Below are positions 24,101-36,396 of a stretch of 64,000 nt of DNA, piece after piece. Origin of the DNA: Anthoceros angustus (lineage: Eukaryota; Plantae; Anthocerotophyta). A program made the position numbers and the translations under genes. Under the pieces are notes generated by a model, which was not told the origin of the DNA, did no database searches, and saw nothing but the letters and a program-made list of their open reading frames with translations. The DNA lies in NCBI GenBank assembly GCA_010909165.1, contig VJWM01000119.1, positions 496,001 through 560,000 on the forward strand. The letters are read 5' to 3'. Within the stretch, counting starts at the first letter, position 1, and each line of letters begins with the position of its first letter.

Positions 24101-25788
24101 TTATGCCTGAGTCTTCCAAGAACTCGCGCATTTAAACTTGAAATTGGATATTTCCGCCATGAACATACCGTGCTGTCAATCAGCCCCAAGGTTGCGGCAT
24201 TCCTTGCAGTGGACTTGCCTTTGTAACCTGATGAGGAAACATCCCAGACACTATTCCCTGCAGTGGACTTGCCTTTGTTACCTGACGGGGAAGCATCCCA
24301 GATACTGCTATGTTTGATCTAACCGTGTCAGGTTCCATCCTCCTCAGATGTCTTTCTGGTGAAAAAGAAGCGTGACGATTTCGATGAGGGTGCCACTTGT
24401 AGTTGCCATCAAGAGGAGTCACAGATTTGTGGGGAGGATTGTGAGTGCAGGTCAGTGTCAAAAGGGATGTTTAACCAAAGTCTTACACCGAAACTCTTGT
24501 TGACTTTGGACATCTGTAGGGTTGTGTTGTGGCCATTGTGGGAAGCGACTTCTGCAGACCACCCTTTCTGCCAGTTCTGACTTGGGCTTATGTGCTGTCA
24601 GAGTTCAATCTATGAGCTGTTCCAAGTCCTGCAAATGCACCGACAATTGCACCAACAAACCTTTTCGCAAGGAAATGCGGGTGAAGGTTGTCAAAGTAAG
24701 TGAAGCAAATTCATTCCTTCGAGCCTGGTCTCTGTGTGGTTCATCTTCAGGTCAATAATAACTGCTTGGCGCCGAGGCCTGTCCAGGTCTGCTTTGTTAT
24801 TTCAGCATACCACTCAGTTTTCCGGATTGGAAGGGGTGCTGAACTCGCTTTTGTTTTTGCATCACCTTCCAGACAGAGCACTGCGGATGGGGCGCTGAAG
24901 CAAGTGATAACATAAGAAAAGGGCAATTTATTATCGAGTACACTGGGGAAGGTATCATCTTTCCATTGAGGCCAAAGATTGCGGACACGGGCGTAGAATA
25001 CCTGTGGTCTAAGAACTTGCATTTCTAGATTTGCTGAGCAACAAACCAACTGAAATCACAATCCTTGCAGTGATAGATGATGCGATCTGTGAGCAACGGC
25101 TTTGGGCAATGAAAGGAAGAAGTGTCCACAATTTCTACATGTGTGAGATCGCCAAGGACTTCATTATTGATGCAACATTCAAAGGCAACCCTTCTCGTTA
25201 TCTGAATCACAGCTGTCAACCAAACTGCAAGCTTGAGAAATGGTATTGCTTTATGTAATTTTTTTGGATCGAAAATGGTTGGATCACGTTAATATTGTAA
25301 GAATCTGTCTTCCAGCTGTTTTGTTGGTTCAATGTGGTGAGTATGGTTGCTGTCCGTGCAATCAGGCGTGTGGACGGGGAGACCAGAGTCGGTGTATTTG
25401 CATTGATGGACATCGCTGTAGGTGAACCTCTGACCTACAATTACAAGTGAGTGCGAGCTCCTTTTCTTTCCAGCATTTGCTTGTCTCAGCGTTAGATAAT
25501 GTGCATAGCAAGTCAGTTAATGATCCTGTTTTTCAAATCGTTTACCCTTTTTGTCGTAGGTTTATAGACTACGGTATGAATGTCACATGCCGCTGTGGGG
25601 CGCCTAATTGTCGGGGAGCAATTGGGGAGAAGTTTGGAAGTAATGGCACCAAAGCTAAAGGGTTCAGTGAGGATATGGTAGCTTGGGGTCTCAAACAGAA
25701 GCGCTCACGACTGCTTAACAGGCTTGAGGAGCACATCCGATTTGTTGTGAGGAAACGAAAATCCATTCAAAGAGCAATGGGATCATGA
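21178..25788 (+). CDS. ASH1-related PHD-AWS-SET-postSET histone lysine methyltransferase (ASHR3/SDG4-like)
   Basis: PHD-like Cys/His exons (CPHH, CEKCPMAFHEIC), EPPPYTHIRR, AWS, GWG..FIIEYTGE, NFYMCEI..IDATFKGNPSRYLNHSCQPNC, post-SET CRCGAPNCRG. The start is uncertain. Confidence 0.88.
24199..24306. repeat. Intronic 54 bp two-copy tandem repeat
   Basis: TGCAGTGGACTTGCCTTTGT..CATCCCAGA occurs twice. Confidence 0.8.
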
Positions 25789-26629
25789 CGCTATCAGACG
25801 TGGTTTGGATCCCAGTGTGATATCTTTTCATCTAGCACAGGGTCTGGACAAGGTAGCTGCAAATCCGGATAGGACTCTCAGCAGCGTTCACCAGACTCTA
25901 TTTGCTTATCGCGTGGTGTTTCAACTGCATGAGTGATTCCTTCCAGTAACGCACTCCTCTGCTGGTTGCAGGAGAGATGGGTACAGCTGTGAAATGTGGC
26001 GAGCTACAATGTCTCATGGACTTGTGAGCGATTCTATCTCCTTTGGCTGTCGCAGACAACGTCTTATCCAATGGTCAGATGTGCCTGCGTAACTCCATTG
26101 TAATTGTGTACTCTACGCTTTGAGGTGGATTTCACACAGATCGGCATTGATGGTGTGAAGGACGTTGCCTGACTATGCTTGAAAGTGCTGTCAACATCCC
26201 CATGTTGTATACTACCAGATTATTGACCTCTCATTATGCTCCTTCTTGGGCGCATGGGCAGACCTGGTGCAACAGCCAAATCGGCCAAAGTTAAACAGTT
26301 CTATCGGTGAAGGCTGTTGATCCTGAAGCCCCTCGCACAAGATTGGGAGATCCGGTGTGGCTTGAAAGGTGTGGCTTGAGAATTTATCTTACGACTGTGC
26401 CTTCGAAGAGTAAGGACGATGATGTTGCAAGTTCCCAGACAAACGATATACGTCTTAAGGATCGATTTCTCTAGAGTCCTGTGAACTCTGCCCCATTGCA
26501 AGCCTGTCAAGAGTCATACAATCATCCATTAAGTCCAGCAATTTAGAGTGTGGACGTAAAGGAGCTGAAGAAATGTAACCCTTAGAGTTGTTATTTCAAA
26601 ATTAAAAATCCGAACCTCGATTTCCAACA

Positions 26630-26712
26630 GGGGTGGTGGCGCAGTTGGCTAGCGCGTAGGTCTCATAGCTCGAGAAATCCTGAGGTCGAGAGTTCGAGCC
26701 TCTCTCACCCCA
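26630..26712 (+). tRNA. tRNA-Met(CAT), elongator, with a 9 nt intron (26668-26676)
   Basis: GGGGTGGTGGCGCAGTTGGCTAGCGCGTAGGTCTCATA-[GCTCGAGAA]-ATCCTGAGGTCGAGAGTTCGAGCCTCTCTCACCCCA. Upstream CAA motif and a downstream T-run at 26741. Confidence 0.95.
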
Positions 26713-26789
26713 CTTGATTGGCCTGACGTTGGTGCGTCCCTTTTTATTACTGTCTTACACTTGTTGCAACTTTCCTCTGTTTTTATTAG

Positions 26790-26925
26790 CTCTTACACTT
26801 GCTGCACCTTTCCTCCACCTTCTTGCTGCTGCAGATTTATCTCTTACACTTGCTGCACCCTTCCTCCACCTTCTTGATGCTGCAGATTTATCTCTTACAC
26901 TTGCTGCACCCTTCCTCCACCTTCC
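26790..26925. repeat. 51 bp tandem repeat, about 2.7 copies
   Basis: Unit CTCTTACACTTGCTGCACC(T/C)TTCCTCCACCTTCTTG(C/A)TGCTGCAGATTTAT. Confidence 0.9.
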
Positions 26926-26934
26926 TCCTACCCT

Positions 26935-27140
26935 GCAGTAGAAAATGTGAAGGGAGACATAGACATATGCCCATAGTAGCACAAGAAAATGTGAAGGGAG
27001 ACAGAGACTTAGGACAAATGCAAAAACGTGTGTCTTGTCCGCTGTCATATGCCCATAGTAGCAGAAGAAAATGTGAAGGGAGACAGAGACATGGGACAAA
27101 TGTAAAAACGTGGTGTCTTGTCTACTGTCATATGCCCATT
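26935..27140. repeat. Degenerate repeats containing AGAAAATGTGAAGGGAGACA (3x) and CATATGCCCAT (3x)
   Basis: Direct reading of the sequence. Confidence 0.75.
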
Positions 27141-27667
27141 CCCTCTATTTCAAGCGGTCAACCAGAAATCTCTAAGCTGCCCAGTCTTTGGAGAATCCAA
27201 TTTTTTCAAGCCGGCTATCGACTCTGTATACCGGTTTGTCCATAGAGACGATTGAAATTTGAAATGGGCAGAGAATCTCGGAAGGAAGAAGAAGTCTATT
27301 ATAGTCCACTTAGATACCGACTCGTATAACTCAGCAACAAGGCTTGGCCGGCTATCGATTATATTCACACCGCACGCTAGTTCACCTGTTGTCGACGCCG
27401 GCTGGCAAGATGTCTGGGGATATGCCATGAGAATCCCCGTCCTAAAGCCTCGAGTAGCCTGCAGTGCAGGCATACAAGTACTGGGAGGTTGCTTCATTGG
27501 GACACCAGACATCATTATGTACCATTAGGCACTGTCAGAGACTTCACCAGTCTACGTAGTCTAGAGGCAGATGAGTCATGACAGAAATGCTTGATGTAGG
27601 AGTGCATATCGAGTAGGCTGTTGATCCTTACCATCACATACATATCTGTACATCTGGAGCAGGAACT

Positions 27668-29924
27668 ATGGCATCAGTTTCTGAGAACGAGGACGATGGG
27701 CAGCCCGTGGAGGGCGCTGGGCAGACGATGGAGGACGCTGGGCAGCCGAAGCAGGACGCTGGGCAGCCTAAGGAGGACGCTGGGCAGCCCAAGGAGCTGT
27801 ATTTACCAGTGGGAGACGGCACAGTGGATATTAAAGGTCGACCCGCATTACAGGGCAAATCCGGGGGATGGCAGACAACTCCTTTCATCTACGGTATATA
27901 ATTACTCTCTTGGCAGGGAACACAATGATGAATTTCCAGCCTCGTCGGCAGATCTGCTTCACCTCCTGCTGTTGGTGTACATTGTGCAGGTTTCGTCTTT
28001 TTCGAGCTTTGCGCTTTTATTTTTTTGAGTCTGGCTCTCTTCACGTATCTGTACAATGTAATGCACGTCGAAGTGAGCAAAGCAGCAAACATCACCACAA
28101 ATTTCGCTGGCACCTCCACAATCACCTCGCTGTTAGGCGGCTTCATTGCAGATGCTTACCTGGGCCGATTCTGGATGCTTGTCATCGGCGCTCTGATAGA
28201 GTTGGTGGTAAGTTGTAAATCAAGAACCTCGACCATCGACGTCTTGTTTTGCAGCCTGAAGGCGCATAATCGAGTGTGCTGACACGATGCTGCATTCTAC
28301 GTTTGCCCAGGGCTTCGCGATGCTGGCAATTTCCACCATAGAACCATCCTTGAAAGCTCCACCGTGCATCCCTTACACGGTTCCGGGCATTCCCTACCCT
28401 CTTTGCGAGTCCATGCATGGGGGCAAGCAGCTCTCCTTTCTCCTGTGGTCACTCTACGTGCTGGCATTGGGAGCCGGGGGAGTGAGGGCCTCCTTGGCAT
28501 CACACGGAGCAGACCAATTTGAAGTCAGGCTGGACAATCTCAAGCACAGGCTGCGACTGGCCTCCTACTTCAACTACTTCTACATGTCACTGGCTGGTGC
28601 ATCCTTGGTTGTCACTACCCTGCTCGTGTGGGTCCTGCATGCCAAGGGCTACACCACTGGCTTTCTAGTTATGACAGTCTGCGTTCTTGTAGCCATCATC
28701 TGTTTCGTCGCGGGCACCCCCGTCTATCGGCATCGACTACCTCTGGGCAGTCCTCTCACCACCATAGCCAGGGTGTTCGTGGCTTCCTTCCGGAAAAGAG
28801 GAGCGAAGATTGATCCTGCGAACCCAACTTCGAAGCTTCACGACGAATTCGTAGATGCAGGCAAGGACGCTCCAGCATTTGTCAAAAAGCAGCTGCTTTC
28901 CCACACCAACCAGTTCAGGTGAGGCCCAACGTTCTTCCAAGTTAACATTCATGGTCTTCTGAAATTGCCCTGCGCTGATTCCCGTTGCTGCTTCTCCTGC
29001 TGCAGGTTCCTGGACAAGGCAGCTCTCATCGAAGACGGAGCAGAGGCACTCGGGGCCGCATCCAGATGGAGGCTCACCACGGTGACTGAAGTGGAAGAAG
29101 TGAAGATCATCATCCGCTTTCTGCCAATCTGCGCCACCACCATTTTTACCAACACCGTGGTGGTGCAGTTCATCACCTTCACCCAGCAGCAGGGAGCGAC
29201 CATGAAAAGCTTCAAGCTGGGAAAGGACTATACATTCCCCGTGGCCTCGCTGGGGCTCTTCTCCATCACCTTCGTCATGGTCTTCGTGGCAGTGTACGAC
29301 AAGCACCTGGTGCCACTTCTGAGAAGAGTCACCAAAATCCCCACCGGCATCACTCCCCTGCAAAGGACTGGTGTGGGCCTGTTCCTTTCCGCCATGGCCA
29401 TGGTGAGTGCAGGTCTGGTGGAGCATCGGAGACTTGCTGAGGCTGCCCAGAACGGGCTGCTGGACGACCCCATAGCCATCGTGCCCTTGTCCCTGTTCTG
29501 GCTCCTCCCCCAGTCGCTTTTCATCTCGGTTGCAGAGGCATTCAACATTGTTGGCGTGCTAGAGTTCTACTACCAAGAATCTCCAGAGGGAATGAGGGCA
29601 TCCACCGCCGCCCTTTCCTACTCTTCTCAGTCAGTGGGATTCTTCATCAGCAGTGCGATTGTGAACGTTGTTAACCTGGCGACCAGGCATGGGCAGAGCG
29701 GCCAGGGCTGGATCAACGACGACAACATCAACAGAGGCCACCTGGATTACTATTACTACGTGCTGGCACTTTTAGCTCTCATCAACCTTGCCTTGTTTGC
29801 TCTTAGCGCCCATTGGTACAAGGTAAAGAAGATTGCGATAGACTACTACAATATTGGCTCCTTACCTCCTGATCTTGAAGCTGATAAAAGGGAGGGGATA
29901 TCAGACGCGCGTGTCACAATATGA
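27668..29924 (+). CDS. NRT1/PTR (NPF) family transporter, exons 27668-27893, 27990-28207, 28311-28918, 29006-29924 (~656 aa)
   Basis: GGW..TPFI, LLGGFIADAYLGRF, ALGAGG..GADQF, GSPLTTIARVFVAS, FRFLDKAA, VEEVK, ITPLQRTGVG, EFYYQESPEGMR, GHLDYYY. The exons sum to 1971 nt. Confidence 0.93.
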
Positions 29925-30113
29925 CCCTGAAAAGATGGGACATAGGTAATATGTAAAAGAGTACAATGTTCAATAATAGTCCTGCCAACAATGACAGAAG
30001 TCTGTCTGCTAAGGAATCAGGCTAGCAGACACAATGTGAAGACGAGAATGACGAAAGTAACCTCCGCGCTCTACAGTACCCTAAATCACTAGGTCTCTCA
30101 TCTGCCCCACTAA

Positions 30114-30737
30114 TCAGACTCGGTTCACCGCGACGGGCACCTGTTGCAACGAATTCCCTCCCAAAAACGACAGAAATCCAGCAGAGGAGGGCTGCTCGTC
30201 CAGGAAGAGGTCATCTGGAACGCGGAAGGCACCGTGCACGCTCAGGACCAACGCACTTGTCAGCAGCGCCCAGAAGATGATCCCGATGGCACCAGTCGTC
30301 AGAAGGATCATCAAAGAAGCCACAAGGCCTCCGGCCACAACCTCCTTCTCACTGCAAACCCTGCCACATATGGTCAAGGGAGCCGAGAAAAAGGTGTAGA
30401 AGGCCAACCAGAGTGCGATGAGCACAATAAGGACCACCAGCGAAGTCGGATGAAGAAACAGGCTGAGACCAACAACCCCTGTGGAAATCACAAGGTAGTT
30501 CCCCCAAAAGTACGCAGCGTTCTTGCTGATCCTGTTCGTTGCATCACCCAATGACTCAGGTTTCGCAAACGCAGCCCGGTCCACGAACTCCGACCAGGGC
30601 CTCAGCTGAGAAACCGCGGTCTTCGTCACCTCCAAGCTCCTGTCCAAAATGGCACGCGCAGCTGGCGCAGTCTGAGATGTTGCTGCTGCCCCTTGCCCCG
30701 TTGTTGCTGTGGTTCCTACAGCCTGTCCGGCAGCCAT
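30114..30737 (-). CDS. PRA1 (prenylated Rab acceptor) family B-like protein
   Basis: RPWSEFVD..F.KP.S..DA..RI..N..YF..NY and HGAFRVPDDLFLDE. Confidence 0.93.
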   Translation of the reverse strand: MAAGQAVGTTATTGQGAAATSQTAPAARAILDRSLEVTKTAVSQLRPWSEFVDRAAFAKPESLGDATNRISKNAAYFWGNYLVISTGVVGLSLFLHPTSLVVLIVLIALWLAFYTFFSAPLTICGRVCSEKEVVAGGLVASLMILLTTGAIGIIFWALLTSALVLSVHGAFRVPDDLFLDEQPSSAGFLSFLGGNSLQQVPVAVNRV

Positions 30738-33142
30738 GTTTGCGAAGCGGAGTTCACGGGGTCACCACAACCTGCAAGACAAGGCTGTCGTGAGCAATTC
30801 TCTTCACCCGTAGCCAGCCATGCTTCCGGCTACCGGCACTCAAAAACCCCCGTCACAGGTCGCAACCCTGGCTCTTCCAAGTCCCAGATCCCAAGATGCT
30901 CCGAGGCTTCAAACAAAAATGAGACATTCCATCCAGCTTCCACACACAGATGCGATCCCCAGCCATCAAGACAGTCACGGCAGTTTCACCTCACACGATC
31001 CATAGTGTCCTCGCAGACAACAACATGCATCGATCTTTTCAAGAAACAAGGGGAAAGCCTGCTTGAAGCAATCAAATCTCACCTATTCTGCTGCGCAGCG
31101 TTTTTGCCCCTGGAAACACCGCTACCACCACAAAACGAGAAAGCGCCTTCGTCAGAGTACAATCCAGAAAAAATCGAAGAAGCGGTCCAGCACAAGTCGA
31201 CGATCTGGTCACAAAGCCCTTCAAACAGAAATACACAACGCAGGCTGGAGCACGCAAAACTGCTTTCACTACAACTGTCCTTCCCTCCGCATCTAATATT
31301 CACGGCTACCGCGTAGCAAGCGCGTCAGGGATGCAACAGCCTTCAGAAACTGCAGGAACCACGAAGGAGCGCCTCTGCGGGCTATGGCGACGAAACAGCT
31401 CGCGTAGCGCGAAGGTGAAAGGCACTGACATCCAAGGAGACAGAAGTTGCAAGGAAATTAAGGACGAAGCAGCCTAGGGATTTTCAGTCCCATGCGCATC
31501 ACGTCTCTGGTTGATATTGGGTACCTAGCAGGCCCGTACCTGGGCTGATCTACCTCTCTCGCAATAATTCATCTAATTTTTTTTAGTGAATTCGGAGAGT
31601 TTTAAGATATGTCTCGGTATACGTCGAATTCTCGCACTGGAATTTTTTACTGTTCGAAAGCACACTTAACTCGGGAGTTCCAATGAACTCATGTCTCGAC
31701 GTCACTCCTTGAAGGGAGGATACTTCATCTGATTTTGAAGCGCGTCATAAAGCCCATATAGGATTAGTTATATTGTAGTCTTCCGTTTTCTTTCCCTCTC
31801 GATTTTGCATGGGATGGTTTACTCCAGAATCTTTGTCGGTTCTTGATCAAGGCATTAGGCTTACCGAAGGAATTGTGGGTTGCTAGGGGCCCTTATGGAT
31901 TGCCAATTCCATTGGACGGATGTCAATTCAATTTAGTAGTTCATTTCATTCAACCGTGTGCCAAGTGGACATTTCAGTTGGTCAACATATTGGGTCTAGC
32001 AAACTATGGCCTCTCAAATAACATAATATAGAACTGACAGAAAAAGTAAAGCGGACGTAGCTGACTGGTAAGAACGCAACATCAGCGCATTGTTAGCGAA
32101 CTAGTCGCCACGATGGATTATGTCCTTGTGCCATTTCGAACTTAGTTCGATGTTGACCTGACCTGAACTGAACCGGACTGGCCGAATTGAGGTCATGAGA
32201 GGCCATTTTGTAGTCAGCACACTGCGGACCAGCCATCTAGGTTTCGTTTGTTGAGTTAGTGAGCTACGCTATTTGGGAAACTTTATGAATGCTCATAACC
32301 CGTTTTTTTATGTAATTGATGTTTGGCTAGGCGGATGGCCTTAGTGTTAGTTTCGTTTCCATTTGCTCCATCATGCCCATGTATTCGTCTCCATTTGCTC
32401 CATCGTGTCTAAGTATTTAGTCTCCATGTGCTCCATCATGTAATATAAAAAGGAGTGCTGCAATTCTACAAGTGGTAGGAGAAAACGAAGCGAAGAAGGC
32501 ATGTTGGGAAAGAAATTCATACAGGGATTTTAGGGCATAAGATAATTATGCACTCATCAAAGTGAGCAATGATTTGGTGCAAGAGAAAGGGCTCACTTGG
32601 GGCTGCCTACACTATTTTTTTAATAATATAAAAATATTTAAATAAAAAGTTGCCTAAAATTGCCTGGGGACATTTCGGAAGAATGGAGTTAATATCGTCA
32701 TGTTTTAAATTATCATACTATGACTTTTTCATTATGCTTCTTCTTTAGGTGCATGCACGAACATAGTGCCACATTCAAATCCTTTAAGTTAAATGCTTCT
32801 ACCAAAAAGGTTGGTGACATATCATCATGTTGTCAAGTATCAAACTATTAACTTTATTTGAAGCCTGGCTTCTAGGCCACTTTTGTGATGATAACTATTG
32901 CTTAAATATGGGAGAACGAGTAGTTCAAGCATAATTACATAAATATCAATAGTGATGACAAATATGCAAACACATCTGCAACTTGCCACATTTCATCTCA
33001 TGTCACTACAAACAAGTGTCTATTCTTTTCAAGAAAGGATGATGAATATCCTTGTGTTCCTCAAACAGTATATGATGTATTACATTTCATCTACTCTATG
33101 ATGTATTTAGAAATTGAACATCCATTGGCCGTCATCCTATGA

Positions 33143-33267
33143 GGGAAAGAAGACTTTATTATAAAAAAGAGATGGGAAAACCCATCCACCCCAAAAACAA
33201 AAGGGGAAAAACCCACCGAAGGGCACCATGCCAGGGGGACTAACCCCCATAATCATGCATTTCAAAA
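33143..33267 (-). mobile_element. 125 bp 3'-UTR-only insertion of the CRE-like retrotransposon with a perfect 13 bp TSD
   Basis: The reverse complement aligns with ~10468-10595. CGTCATCCTATGA occurs at 33130-33142 and 33268-33280. Confidence 0.85.
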
Positions 33268-33547
33268 CGTCATCCTATGACACTGTATGAATGTTCACTG
33301 CTGTAATTTTGCTATATCCTCTGATTAATTAAAAATTATATTAATAACTAAAATACTTAATTAATTAAGTCACCTCAATTTATATGAATTTGATAGATTT
33401 AGACATGAGGTAGTGTCTAGGATAGCAGTCTCTCGCTAATTGCTTATGCAATTATTGCCACAAGTGAGACGCAGGAGACAACTATTTGGATTGCTGCCCA
33501 TATAGCCGCCAACCTCGGTTGGTGCAGCACTCTTCATCCTAACGGCA

Positions 33548-35268
33548 AGGTACATTGGAAGATAGGCGTAATAGACCTCCACACACCACCACTACTCATC
33601 ACCCGCCTTTTCAGCCATGGGAAACGCAAAAGGAGATAGCACCACGAGATTTATCATTACCTGTAGTCCCCCTAGTTGGTATGCCTTCCATGTTGCAAGG
33701 CCCTTCGAATGCCCCCCTAGCTAGTATATATTCGTTATTGCAACAACTTTGTGGGCCTTTTAAATTAAGTGAAACATAACAGACTCAGTGCTCAAGATTC
33801 AAATAAAAGAATACAATTATCTAGGAGAGTATGCAGCAAAACAAAGATAAGATATCTCTTTATTATTAATAAAATAATTTATCAAGATAATTCATGTTAT
33901 TTTCGAGAATAAGGTGCCACCAAATCAATATATGTGTTATCAACATGTAATTTTAAAGCATCATTTTTAATCTTTTGGGCGAGTTGGAGAGGGAGGGCAA
34001 TTCTAAGTATAATATGTCTTGTGTGTTTTAGTGTTTCTTAATGTTATGTTTTTATATTATATTATTTTTTCATTTTTTTGTGTATGTTATGTGTATTATG
34101 TCTGAGATTTATTATTCTATCCATATCGTGTTTTGTTGTTGTTTTACACTTCAATTGTTGATCATGTTTATGTTTTGTGTCCGTGTTTGATTGTTTGTGT
34201 GACTGTAGGAGTTCAACATCAAATAAAGATCATGGCACGGGGATGCCCCAGCCATCCTATTTGGAAGTATTACAAAAAGGAGTACTCTAGTAAATACAAG
34301 ACATTTACTCGAATGGTTTGCAAGTTTTGTAAGAAAGGGTTTGCTTTGGGAAGCTCTACTAGAGCATTTCGCCATCTTGTCGAAGGGCAAAAAGGTACTG
34401 CAGAATGTAAACACTGCCCTATTGAAATGAAGTCCGCGATAAGGGAGAAATGTGAGGCGTATGCCCAGAAGGTATTTCAACATAGTCTTTTTAATGTAAT
34501 ATTCTCCATTTTCATGCAATATTGACATGTCTAATTTCGTGTATGACTATGAAAATCAGCGTATACAAGTGCGACAAAACAAGAAATGCTTGGAGCAGCA
34601 CGAGCACGCTCTCAAAGATTTCAAGAGAAAATTGAAGACCACTCCTAGAACTTGGTTTTGGTTACATGACATGTTTGCCCTGGGGGCTCCCATCTACGAC
34701 AGCTTCGAGCTTGGGTCTCTATCTGATGCCCAAATCATTTGCTTCCGGAAGCTTCTCACATCCTTCGTTTCTTTGGTCGAACAAGAGGATTGGGCAAAAG
34801 AGCGTCCTCCAGTGGCCTATATGTGGATGGTGCATTGGCTGGAGAGGCTAGGTTGAGCTTCTCTTGTGTATTTTGTTTTGAGTCTAAGTCTCTCCTTGGA
34901 GGAGTCTTGGCTTCTGACTTGTGTTGTTTGTCCTGCTGTGTCTCAATTTGAGACTATTTGTACCACAAAATCCTTAATAAAGTCTTGCTGTTCTGCAAAA
35001 AAAGAGTGAGGCAAAAGCCTCGTTAAGCAAATCCAAAGTTTTCTAAAGAGTATGGTGCAGTTGTATTTGAGGACACATGTTCTTCACCTTTGAGGCGATA
35101 TATTTAAGATATTACAGATATGAGACATATGATAAGATATTAATAAATCTTATCTTATAATTAATTGGCTTTTATGAGCTTGATGTTCAAAAAACTACCT
35201 AAAGAAAAGGAAAAAGTTACTGTAGGAATGAACTTAGACATTAACTGCCCTTATGTGGCAACTACGTA
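33548..35268 (+). mobile_element. BED-finger repeat element copy C
   Basis: End-to-end homology with copy B (7058-8718, inverted). Partial homology with 2965-3745. Confidence 0.75.
34232..34856 (+). CDS. BED zinc-finger protein copy C; exons 34232-34471 and 34560-34856 (178 aa)
   Basis: HPIWKYY..VCKFC..RAFRHL..ECKHCP. An 88 bp phase-0 intron gives an intact spliced ORF. Confidence 0.6.
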
Positions 35269-36396
35269 TCCGCTACGTACCCGCCCTATCTTGGACTTTA
35301 TTGAAGTCCGTCATGAGAGCTTCCCAGCGATCACGGCATTGCTTCGCCGTCCTGTAAACCTTATGGCTTGCAAATGAAGTTGAAATTACAGCCCATCTTG
35401 TGTTGGCAGGAGTCATCTTTTCTTTCATCTGCGTCCAGCATAACATCTTCCTTCCGCATGTAAACCAATATGAGCAATTTAGATTCGTCCCACCTTTTTC
35501 CTGTTATCTTACAATGAGTGATGAATCACCTTGATTTGAAGCTTGAACCCTAGACCTTTTCTTGCCTCACGGTTGGGATTCACAGACGGGTTATGAGGAC
35601 CTTGGCTTTCAGCTCGTCTAAAATTGCCTGGGACATTTCGGAAGAATGGAGTTAATATCGTCATGTTTTAAATTATCATACTATGACTTTTCATTATGCT
35701 TCTTCTTTAGGTGCCCTAACATAGTGCCACATTCAAATCCTTTAAGTTAAATGCTTCTACCAAAAGGTTGGTGACATATCATCATGTTGTCAAGTATCAA
35801 ACTATTAACTTTATTGAAGCCCGGCTTCTAGGCCACTTTTGTGATGATAACTATTGCTTAAATATGGGAGAACGAGTAGTTCAAGCATAATTACATAAAT
35901 ATCAATAGTGATGACAAATATGCAAACACATCCGCAACTTGCCACATTTCATCTCATGTCACTACAAACAAGTGTCTATTCTTTTCAAGAAAAGGATGAT
36001 GAATATCCTTGTGTTCCTCAAACGATATGATGTATTACATTTCATCTCGGACCTTTGAGGCGATATATTTAAGATATTACAGATATGAGACATATGATAA
36101 GATATCTCTTTATTATAAAAAGAGATGGGAAAACCCATCCACCCCAAAACAAAAGGAAAACCCACAAGGGCACCATGCCGTGGGACTAACCCCATAATCA
36201 TGCATTTCAAAACGCCATCCTATGACACCGTATGAATGTTCACTGTAATTTTGCTATATCCTCGATTAATTAAAAATTATATTAATAACTAAAATACTTA
36301 ATTAATTGGCTTTTATGAGCTTGATGTTCAAAAACTACCTAAAGAAAAGGAAAAAGTTAAGGAATGAACTTAGACATTAATCGCCTTATGTGGCAA

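Noticed and set aside
26790-27140. CRISPR-like repeat array
   Set aside because: The units are contiguous tandem repeats without unique spacers, the context is eukaryotic, and there are no cas genes.
31600-32640. Possible solo LTR or TE remnant
   Set aside because: I could not identify TG..CA ends, a PBS/PPT or a TSD.
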